DNA from: Candidatus Hodarchaeum mangrovi
GTDB taxonomy: Archaea; Asgardarchaeota; Heimdallarchaeia; Hodarchaeales; Hodarchaeaceae
Direction: 5' to 3'
DNA length: 37,014 nt
Assembly: GCA_016839515.1 (NCBI GenBank)
Contig: JAEOUE010000126.1
Location: forward strand, 1-37,014
Made by a program: the position numbers and the translations under genes. The notes beneath the pieces are model-generated. The model did no database searches, was not told the DNA's origin, and worked only from the letters and a program-made list of their open reading frames with translations. Shown piece after piece: positions 18,271-26,795 of the stretch (within the stretch, counting starts at the first letter, position 1; the number at the start of each line of letters is the position of its first letter).

Positions 18271-18447
18271 TTTCTAACCTCCTTCCTTTAAACTAAAAGA
18301 AGTTGTGTATTTGACGGAAATTCATCCTCAAAGAAAGGAGAATAAATTTGAAGATCTTTCTTTCGCATATATATATGAAAAAATTTCCGAATTATTAAAT
18401 ATCTCGTTCTAAAGCTTGGATTTTCAGTTTTATGGAGTAATGTTGCC

Positions 18448-18798
18448 ATGTCATTAATCCAAGAAAATAAACGAATGGTCCGTGAACGAAAAACAATAGA
18501 CATTATGATCCAGATTTATTGTAATGATAAACACAATACAAAGGATAATTTGTGTGAAGAATGTATTGAATTAAAGATTTATGCCAACATTCGTTTAGAT
18601 AAATGTCCATATGGAGTAAATAAAACAACATGCAATAAATGTCCAGTCCATTGCTATAAACCTGAAATGAGGGAAAGAATCCGAGAGGTAATGCGACATT
18701 CTGGGCCGAAGATGAGTTATAAGCATCCTATTCTAGCTTTTTATCATCTTGTTAATGGACTTAGAAAACCAAAACTTAGGGAAAAAGAGCAAAAATAA
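18448..18798 (+). CDS. YgbA / nitrous-oxide-stimulated-promoter family Cys-rich protein
   Basis: RERKTIDIMIQIYC...LCEEC...YANIRLDKCP...CNKCPVHCYKPEMRERIREVMRHSGPKM...HP. Confidence 0.9.
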   Translation: MSLIQENKRMVRERKTIDIMIQIYCNDKHNTKDNLCEECIELKIYANIRLDKCPYGVNKTTCNKCPVHCYKPEMRERIREVMRHSGPKMSYKHPILAFYHLVNGLRKPKLREKEQK

Positions 18799-18984
18799 GC
18801 TGATCCATATCCTACGATTGGTAAAAATGGATGTTTTATTAAATTAAACCCAATTAGTGAATTGGTCTTTAAATTTGACTTTATTGCAATTTCTATAGCT
18901 ATATCAAAAAATTAAGTGTATAATTGAAAGGTAAAAAATCTGATAAAAAAAAATTTACATTCTTAAGGATATTTAAGAAAAAGG

Positions 18985-19115
18985 TTCTCCTTCCCAAAGG
19001 GTGAAAGAAGTGGAGTTGGACAGAATGAGTCGTAAGGGGAAGCTTTATAGCCATATTTCCTAGTGGGTTATATACGACTAATTAAGACCGACTAGTTAAC
19101 CCACCATTCTGTCTT
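18985..19115. ncRNA. Unassigned structured RNA: pseudoknot enclosed by a terminal stem, plus an adjacent hairpin
   Basis: GACAGAATG 19019-27 / CATTCTGTC 19105-13; AGTCGTA 19028-34 / TACGACT 19073-79; GTGGGTTA 19063-70 / TAACCCAC 19097-104. The last two helices cross. Locally GC-enriched, no ORF. Confidence 0.6.
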
Positions 19116-19509
19116 ATGATCAAATTAGGCATTGATTAAGTTATAAATCTACAGCTGAGTTATCAAAACAATAATTCATTAATTTAGTTTTTAATACATG
19201 ATTTAACAGCCTTTTTTTCACTAACCAGACCTTAAGTCATGTGACTAATTTTATATGCATTTAATGTTATAGTATTGCATATAAAGGAGAGAATAGCCAA
19301 TTTGTTACTATTCATAAAGATTAGAAGGTTTTCCATAAAAATTTTTAGATAATCCATCTTAATTAAAATTGTTAAATTTTTTAAAAAATAAAATATCTCC
19401 GACAAAATTCTAGAGAATTATTTTCCATCTGAAAGAAGAAAAATTTATATAGCTCGTTCAATTAGGAGTGATTAATTTGAAGCTTATGACGTTTAAGTGA
19501 GATATATGT

Positions 19510-19686
19510 ATGAAAAACCCACCTACTTCTTCTCATAATGCTAATTGTCAAGATATACAGGAAAAACAGCTTGAAAACATCACAGAAAAGATAGTAGTAT
19601 GTCAAACTGAGCAGGGGCCTGAAACGTTTCGAAAATATTCTCTTAAAAATGCGATTGAAGAATTAGATGAGCTTTTTGATAGTTAA
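19510..19686 (+). CDS. Small hypothetical protein (58 aa, below the ORF-track cutoff)
   Basis: MKNPPTSSHNANCQDIQEKQLENITEKIVVCQTEQGPETFRKYSLKNAIEELDELFDS; GTGAG upstream. Confidence 0.5.
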   Translation: MKNPPTSSHNANCQDIQEKQLENITEKIVVCQTEQGPETFRKYSLKNAIEELDELFDS

Positions 19687-19698
19687 ATAATATTCTAA

Positions 19699-20595
19699 CT
19701 AATTTAACATTTTTTTGATTTTTTCTACATAATTCTGGCTGTACTTATCATAACCCACTAAATCTATTTTCTCTAAGCTCTTAATACCTAAAGATAATTC
19801 AATAGCTCGAGCGATTTGTTCTTGATCGAGAATAGATCCTTTAGATACCTCGGGAGTTGTTCCTAATTCTCTGAGAATAGCTACTCCAATAGAATCGATG
19901 GCTATTCTATCAGTACTTGCTAACATTACTTGTGCATTCTTAAGCGATCCTTTAGCTGGACCTCCAGTCACAAACGCATCAACTCCATCTAAAATTATTA
20001 GAGAAGGATTATAAATTTGATTGATTTCTGCGATCATTTTCCGGATATGAGGAGATGAATGAAGTTCACTCATATAATTATAACCATCTCGCGGCACTAA
20101 ACCTACAGAAATCTTCAAGGAGAGAGTGAAATGTCCCCCAAATTGATGGGTTTTAAGACATGGAAGAGTAATAATGGCATCCGCTGTTTCTAATAATTTA
20201 GGGTAAAGAAAACCTTTTTTCCAATGCAAATCGTCAGAATTATAAGGAATCCAATGAGTTTGAGGTTGTGAAAGGTCAATAATATCGAAATTCCCTAATT
20301 CTTCTTGTAATGTATACAATCCTTTAATTACCATTGTTTGATGGGTATTTGCCGGACCTGATCTTTCCATTACTATCACTTTTTTTGCTCCCACCGATAT
20401 TAGATGAGAAATTAATTCTCTAATAATAGTTATATCGGTTGATGCTGGAGGTGGATCAGCTGTATTAAAATTGGGTTTTATAATTATAGTTTTATTCTGA
20501 AAAGTACGAAAAGTATCTGTATAATATTGAAAAATTTTTTTCATACCATCAATGCGACTTTTTGTTTTAACAACCAGTACTTTAACCATGATCAA
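19699..20595 (-). CDS. DUF362 family protein
   Basis: IIIKPNFNTAD, VMERSG, LPCLKTHQFGGHFTLSLK, ILDG, DRIAID. Confidence 0.9.
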   Translation of the reverse strand: MIMVKVLVVKTKSRIDGMKKIFQYYTDTFRTFQNKTIIIKPNFNTADPPPASTDITIIRELISHLISVGAKKVIVMERSGPANTHQTMVIKGLYTLQEELGNFDIIDLSQPQTHWIPYNSDDLHWKKGFLYPKLLETADAIITLPCLKTHQFGGHFTLSLKISVGLVPRDGYNYMSELHSSPHIRKMIAEINQIYNPSLIILDGVDAFVTGGPAKGSLKNAQVMLASTDRIAIDSIGVAILRELGTTPEVSKGSILDQEQIARAIELSLGIKSLEKIDLVGYDKYSQNYVEKIKKMLN

Positions 20596-20601
20596 TTCAC
20601 T

Positions 20602-21212
20602 TTACCATTTTTTTACAAAATACCCCATATGATCTCGCATACTACCAAATAGAATCTGTAATAAATCAATTAGCCAACCTAGACCAAAAAAGCCAAATGT
20701 TACGAGATAAATTAATCCTGAAAAACTTTTCCCAGATAAAATCGATGAACACCAAAAAATCCTAAGAAGAAGCAAAGGAGAAGAGTAACCAATCGGTTTT
20801 TTTCCGAAATTGGATAGATTGTTTGATAAGGAGTTGGTGTTCTATACAGAGGTCGAATTTCCCTACTAGGGCTAGTTTGTGTGGAAGGAGTAGGAGAGTA
20901 AGATGGTGGAGAGACATTTTCTTGTGTTAAGCTATTTCCGCAATTGGAACAGAATTTTCCTTTATGAATATTTTTCCTTCCACAGGTTGGACAAAACCGT
21001 GCAGTTGAAGAATCCAAATTTATATCTGGAAAATAGGAAAAACTAGTTTTACAAAAAGAGCACTGGTCAAGTCCAGCATCTATTGATGCATTAATTGAAT
21101 CCAAGCAGTATTTACGTCCACAATTAGGGCAAGTGATCCCCTTTTTTAGAACTGGATGAGTAGCTTCACATAAACCATAATAATATACATTTATATCAGA
21201 GCTTTCAGCCAT
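20602..21212 (-). CDS. Zinc-finger/zinc-ribbon + TM2-domain protein with a one-base frameshift
   Basis: CPNC, CSFC, CPTC and CSNC knuckles, then TM2 (LLCFFLGFFGVHRFYLGK). The rest of TM2 (SGLIYLVTFGFFGLGWLIDLLQILFG...KW*) continues in the -1 frame from about 20721-20733 to TAA at 20602. Confidence 0.8.
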
Positions 21213-21294
21213 TGAATGAACAACAATTATAAAAAAAGGTATATACTTCTATTATTTTGTTATCTCATAAAATTATTTCCTAATTTAAAAGGAA

Positions 21295-21876
21295 TTATCC
21301 AAAAACTCGCTTCATTAGAAGAGAGAGCCGTTGTTGGATTAGGGGGTCAGAATCCCCTAAACTGCTGATTTTATTCCAAGCGTCCTCTGTTAATCCGTAT
21401 TCCTGTAGACGATCAGGGAGAATCATATTCCACCTTAAAGCTCCTTCTTGATAATTTGGTGCTTTATCTAGGATAATCTGAAATTCAATGCTTAATTGAA
21501 AATAGACTTTAAGTGAAGCAGGATCAAGTGAAACACCTTCAAGAGGGGGAAATAAGGGTTCTAAAGGCAAGTTCTGAGATACTTTCTTCGGTTTGATTCC
21601 TAATTCACTGAGGTAACCAAAGAAATCAGGGATTTGGGGAAAATTAGAGTCAAAAAATTCAGCGTTTTTATCAAAGGGGGCATCCTGAGGATTTATGCCT
21701 TTTGAAAAATCATGCTGTAGATCGACTGGAATAACTGGTTTAACTTCAATATTTTTTTTGGTCAGGGCTTCTTTATTTCCACAATGTGGACATGGATTTC
21801 GCTCATCTAATTTCATGACATAATTATGACACTTTTTACAGACAGGAACTGTAATTTCCTCCGAGAATGAGGACCT
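21295..21876 (-). CDS. Hypothetical protein with an N-terminal zinc ribbon; start uncertain
   Basis: The frame stays open upstream of ATG 21816 to 21876 and adds VCKKCH, the partner knuckle of CPHCG. Confidence 0.65.
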   Translation of the reverse strand, partial: RSSFSEEITVPVCKKCHNYVMKLDERNPCPHCGNKEALTKKNIEVKPVIPVDLQHDFSKGINPQDAPFDKNAEFFDSNFPQIPDFFGYLSELGIKPKKVSQNLPLEPLFPPLEGVSLDPASLKVYFQLSIEFQIILDKAPNYQEGALRWNMILPDRLQEYGLTEDAWNKISSLGDSDPLIQQRLSLLMKRVFG

Positions 21877-22244
21877 TTACTCATTAACGAAATATAGTTT
21901 TTGTGACTTAAAAAGTATCTAGTTAGGTAGTGAAATCAATCTCTCATCAAGTCTATAATAAAATTAGATCTCACAATTTTGGCTATGTCAATAAAACTAT
22001 GATTCTACTATTAAATCCTCAAATCAATATAAAAATGAGTAGAATCAGTTATATTAACTAGGAATGTGCTTAATTGGTACCGTAGTTGCTCCCATTCTTA
22101 GTATGCTATATCAAATTTGTTATAATTCACAGCAGAACTATTAGTTGAGAGTTCAAGTAATCCTTCATATACTGCTGGAAAAGAAGTTGCTTGATTATAA
22201 GATATTTTATGAAAAGATCAGTAGAGGGTGGAATTTTTGGGATT

Positions 22245-22283
22245 TTAGTCATTTCCCATCCATAAAAGGTGGGAAAATTCCCA
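22245..22283. mobile_element. Possible IS200/IS605-type end-hairpin remnant
   Basis: TTTCCCATC-CATAAAA-GGTGGGAAA hairpin resembles CCC-N-TAAA-GGG subterminal hairpins. No transposase nearby. Confidence 0.25.
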
Positions 22284-22319
22284 TGCTGTCCAAAAATATC
22301 GGTACAACCTGATAGAATG

Positions 22320-22739
22320 AAAATTGAGGCAAGTCAAACAAGGATAGCATGGATCTTAAGATGTTGCATAAAAAACAATTCGAAATTTAATTGATAAATG
22401 TTAATAAATGTTATGATTGATTCATTAACGTTTAAGGAATTTCTAGTCGTCGTTGATAATACTCGATGGTTAGCAGAAGGAACAAAACAGAATTCATAGA
22501 TTATAAACACAACTGTGAATGGAATAGTAAAAAAGTTTAATAATTCAGTAGATACGATCCAAGAAACATTCAAGAATTTTGTTACTGAGTCAGAAGAATT
22601 TTTTGCCTCTTCTGAGGAAGTTATAGCTAGTATCGTGGAACAAAATACTAGTATGGCGAAATTAACTTCCTCATCTCAGGACTTAATTTACCTTGGGAGT
22701 AGATCATCCAAACAAATCTTGAAATCTTGGATCTTTTAG
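22320..22739 (+). pseudogene. Decayed methyl-accepting chemotaxis protein signalling domain
   Basis: EFLVVVDNTRWLAEGTKQNS* (TAG 22497-99) resembles GFAVVAD.VR.LAE.T. SEEFFASSEEVIASIVEQNTSMAKLTSSSQDL resembles the methylation helix. A frameshifted IEASQT/G*HG lies upstream. Confidence 0.65.
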
Positions 22740-23419
22740 CGATGTGATTGTAGAAATTTATTAGTAAGTCGAATAAAACAGTTCTCCAGTCCTTGGGAAG
22801 AAGAAGGATCTTCAAAATCAATCTCACAATAATCCATATTATGTAGATATGCATAATGATATCCTTCCTTTGACGAAACACTGCTCTTTTCCAAAACTTT
22901 TGTCTCTGGCTTATGGTTTTTTTTCTTTTTTAATCTGAAATTTGATCTTTTTCGTAAAATAAAATGAAGAATAGGACTCAATTTCCCCTTCTGTGGGCGA
23001 ACTGTGTTTTTATCAGATAATTTGGTTACTTTCTGGGTTTTTTGAGGATAATTTTTTATTCCCAACAGCAGGATAGGAATATCTTTGGAGGGTACATGTT
23101 TCCGAAATTCCATTATCCAATTCGGAATTGCTGCAATGCTTTGTTTATCTTCTATTAAAAAAAAGATCATGCAAGCAGAAGCTCCTCGATAGTAACTTGG
23201 ACGTAACTTTCCGAAAAATTCCTGGCCAGCAGTATCTACAAGAATCAATTTAATATTATTATTTTCAATTGTAATTTTCTTTGTAGTTATATCTACTCCT
23301 AAAGTTGGAAGATAATTCTTGTCAAATTTATTCTCAGCATATCTTCTAATTAAAGAAGTCTTTGGTGAAGAGGGTGATCCAATAGCACAAATTTTGAAAA
23401 GATATTCATTTGAAACCAA
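22736..23419 (-). CDS. Rab-like small GTPase with degenerate G1/G4/G5 motifs and a polybasic insert
   Basis: YLFKIC, YLPTLGVD (G2), VDTAGQE (G3) and SYYRGA are intact. G1 reads GSPSSPKTS and G4 reads GIKNY. GGGGTGA RBS upstream. Confidence 0.9.
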   Translation of the reverse strand: MVSNEYLFKICAIGSPSSPKTSLIRRYAENKFDKNYLPTLGVDITTKKITIENNNIKLILVDTAGQEFFGKLRPSYYRGASACMIFFLIEDKQSIAAIPNWIMEFRKHVPSKDIPILLLGIKNYPQKTQKVTKLSDKNTVRPQKGKLSPILHFILRKRSNFRLKKKKNHKPETKVLEKSSVSSKEGYHYAYLHNMDYCEIDFEDPSSSQGLENCFIRLTNKFLQSHR

Positions 23420-23527
23420 TGTGTCACCCTCATGCTCACATTAAGTCCCGGATTTCATAAAACTATCCAGAGAAATTCTCCGACAATAAGTTGAAAAAAG
23501 AAATTGGTTATCGAAGAAGGAATTAGG

Positions 23528-23537
23528 AAAAAAAAAA
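23528..23537 (-). terminator. Oligo-T terminator of the H/ACA-like RNA
   Basis: 10 consecutive T on the minus strand immediately after the ACA box. Confidence 0.55.
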
Positions 23538-23615
23538 TGTGTGGTTGCATGGAATGGGTCAATCACAACAACATAATATGTTATATTCATGACCCCACTA
23601 TAACTTGCAACCAAT
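23535..23615 (-). ncRNA. Box H/ACA-like pseudouridylation guide sRNA (predicted target LSU rRNA helix 69)
   Basis: Basal stem UGGUUGCA/UGCAACCA; pocket AGUUAUAGU / UUCC; upper stem GGGUCA/UGACCC; K-turn (UGA...GUGAU); ACA box followed by a U-run; TTTTAAG box about 20 nt upstream. Confidence 0.8.
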
Positions 23616-23720
23616 TATGTTCTTTTAATTTAGTCTTAAAAGTTCTACTAAAAATACTTGATAAAGAATAAAAAAAACTGTGTTTATCAAACTTAATACA
23701 TTGGTTCTGGTAAGAAAATA

Positions 23721-26087
23721 ATGGTGATCAATAGCATGGCTGTAAAACCTGCTCTCTGTGGATTAATAATTCTTCTTTTAATTATTTCATTAAATTCTAG
23801 TAATTCTACCCTTAAGAATAATTATATAGTGGAGGATTCAATTTCTAAGATAATTCAACCAACTTATAATTTCGATAATAATATAGAATGGGATTTAATT
23901 TATCATAACACTCGTGAAGGATATTATCGAAGTCCAGGTTGGGCTACAACAGATGGGTGGAATAAAAGTGGGGCGGTGAGGGTAGGGCAAAATGTCATAT
24001 TAAGGATTCGTTCAGCAATAAATGATCTTACACGAGTCCAGATCCGCTATTGAGATGGTGAAGCTGGAGTCGAAGGATTTCGTGAGATGACAAAAATTGC
24101 TTCAACATTAGAATATGATTTTTGGGAAGGTACGATTTTATCTCCTCTACAACCGAGTGATTACTTTTATTCCTTTTTTCTAACTGATGGCACCGAAACT
24201 GACTATTATTCCGATGATGAGGGATTAGATGGTGGAGTAGGCAAAATGTATGCTTCCTATAATTCTGGACGAGATTTTGGTATAGTATTCTACGATCCAG
24301 GATTCACTACTCCAGACTGGCATAAACAAACAGTGGGGTACCAAATTTTTCTCGATCGATTTTTCAATGGAGATTTAAGTAATGATGCTATAGGAGATGG
24401 CTCAAGTGGAGATATCACATGGTTTGAGTGGGATAGCAATGGAGATGGATCCTTTACTTCAGAGGATGCACAACGAGTGTTTGCTATTAAACGAGATTGG
24501 ACAGAATTACCAACTGGAGGTAACGATTTTTTTGGTGGAGATCTTAAGGGTGTGTTTAATAAAATTGATTACCTTAAGGACCTTGGTATTGGTTTTATAT
24601 GGTTAAATCCTTTTACGGAATCACCTGACAATCATGGTTATTCTGTAGATAATTATAAATCAGTAGATCCCTAGTATGGGTCGATTGCTGCTCGTGAGAA
24701 TGGAATTGTAAGAAATAATATCACAGCCTCTTTGGAAATTTTTGATGAACTGGAGTCAACTCTCGAATTCAATGGGATAAAAATCATCTATGATGTTGTG
24801 ATTAATCATGTATCTGCTCAATCAATATACTTTCAGCGATTTGAAAACATGGACGTGGGAGATCTTCTTCTTCCAACTGCTTTTCAAGTTCCTGATCCTT
24901 ACCCATACGTAAAAGGAGCATATGAAGGTGTAACTTCTCTCTTTAACAATTGGTTCCGCTTTTATACCCGTAATCATGACTATGATGCTTGGTGGGGTTT
25001 CTACAATATTCCTACTTTGAAATATGATCAGACAATGAATATTGCTACTGAATTAATTACTGGAGCTAATTCTTTGTTCACATTTTGGGCTAATCATGGT
25101 GTTGATGGATTTAGGCTTGATGTTAATCCCGATTATGACGATGGTACAGGTTCCAGAGTCGTCAATAAACTGATTCGAGATCGTGTCAAGGTAGATAAAT
25201 CTGATAATATTATTATTGGTGAAGTTTGGGATAGAGCAAACACTTGGCTTACTGGAACCATGAATGATGGAGTGCAAAATATGCTGTTCAGAGATAATAC
25301 AATAATTTGGATCCGAGGAACTAATGTAGGGTATACAGATAACACTTATATCAATAAACTAGTATCATTCCAAGATTTTTATCCCCCAGAAGCTTATCAC
25401 TCTCTCTGGACAAATCTAGGAAATCATGATACTGCTCGAATACTTACAGAATTAGAAGAAATAAACGATCGTGTTTTGTTAGCTGCAGCATTACAATTCT
25501 TTGTTCCAGGAGTTCCAGTTATTTACTATGGCGATGAAATTGGATTACCTGGTGTAAGGGATCCTGATAGCAGACGACCTTTTCCATGGGGATCAGAAAA
25601 TCAAACAATGCTAAAGAATTACAAGGATCTAATTCAAATAAGGAAGAACTATAAGGTTTTTCAACGAGGTTCATTTTTTTCTATAGAAGATCAAGTTGAA
25701 GGAGTTTTATCGTTTGGACGTGAATTATCCTCTACGTCCCAAAGTGCAACAGTGGGTATTTTTAATAGGAATAAAAATCGTTTAGCTTATTTACTAAATT
25801 TATCAACCTTTCATGAGATCCAAGTAGGTGATGTATTAGTAGATCTCCTTAATAATAACACCACATATATAGTAGATGAGAATAAATCTATTAATCTCTT
25901 ACTTGAACCATATGGAAGAATGATTTTATTAAATGGAATCAGTGATCCTCTGACTCAAAGTACCTCTAAAACTATAAGTCAAAAATCCTCTAATTTTTCG
26001 CTAATACCATTACAAGTAGCACTTTTAACATTGATATTGAGCAAGAAACTCTATACTAGGAGAACCAAGAGAAAAAGGAAAAATTAA
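23721..26087 (+). pseudogene. Secreted, C-terminally anchored GH13 amylopullulanase/neopullulanase-like gene with two in-frame stops
   Basis: Three ORF-track pieces lie in one frame, separated only by TGA 24051-53 and TAG 24672-74. Motifs YQIFLDRF, GGDLKG, NHGY, DVVINH, GFRLDV, IGEVW, LGNHD and IYYGDE present. Signal peptide, and a Ser/Thr linker-TM-basic tail. Confidence 0.85.
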
Positions 26088-26093
26088 TTTTTT

Positions 26094-26603
26094 TCATTTT
26101 AAAATATTACCAACTGTCCTATATTCCCTTGGCCAGTAGAGAATTGCCTGCTGTCGAGAATAATCTTTTCGGACATAACTAGTAACAATTTCTCCGATAA
26201 ACCAGATATGAGTTCCTCCTTGGTTAATTTCATTAATTACTTTACATTCAAGACTAACTGGGCATTCTTCAATGAAAACAGAGGTTATTTTTTTTCCAGG
26301 AACCGGTGTTAATCCTGTTTCAGCAAATTTATCACAATCTCGTCCTGAGTGAGATCCACAGTACTTTATTGCAGGAAGAAGTTCAGTAGTAGGAAGATTG
26401 AGGGAAAAATCTTGAGTTTTTTTGATTAATTCAAAGGAATATCTTGAAGGTACTATACCAATCATTACCATAGGCTTAACAAAGGAAAAGAAACTTACTG
26501 CTGCAATAGTTATGATATTTTTGTCCACACAAACTAATACAACAGGAAATCCAGGAAAGGTCATTAATCCTGCCTCAGGTGATACTTCTTCTTTTTGTAA
26601 CAT
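26094..26603 (-). CDS. Flavin reductase (DIM6/NTAB-like) family protein
   Basis: FPVVLV, CGSHSGRDCDKF, IEECPVSLEC, GGTHIWFIGEI. Confidence 0.92.
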   Translation of the reverse strand: MLQKEEVSPEAGLMTFPGFPVVLVCVDKNIITIAAVSFFSFVKPMVMIGIVPSRYSFELIKKTQDFSLNLPTTELLPAIKYCGSHSGRDCDKFAETGLTPVPGKKITSVFIEECPVSLECKVINEINQGGTHIWFIGEIVTSYVRKDYSRQQAILYWPREYRTVGNILK

Positions 26604-26795
26604 AATTATCTACCAAAAGGGTTATTTTCAGGAAGTAAAAACTTATAATTATCCATTTTAAATTTTTAAAGATCTGTTTGGATAAGTATATCTCAAACTT
26701 TAACTGATTTAAGTTAAAAATAAATTGAGTCAATTGAATAACATAAATCCATTTAGATAGTATATACGAATAGAATAGCTATAGAGTCTGAGAAA

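Noticed and set aside
19019-19113. Assignment of the pseudoknot element as 5S rRNA, HDV-like ribozyme, RNase P RNA or SECIS
   Set aside because: Too short and no CCGAAC loop for 5S; no P3/L3 for HDV; no GAGGAAAGUCC or P4 consensus for RNase P; no 3' GA partner for the AUGA.
23562-23592. dif/Xer-like site (AACATAA-TATG-TTATATT)
   Set aside because: The spacer is 4 nt rather than 6, and the sequence is better explained as the apical stem-loop of the H/ACA-like RNA.
24051-24240. Selenocysteine at the GH13 TGA with a nearby SECIS around 24215-24270
   Set aside because: The position looks like a Trp site in a non-redox domain, and the nearby AUGA hairpin does not give a correctly registered G.A quartet.
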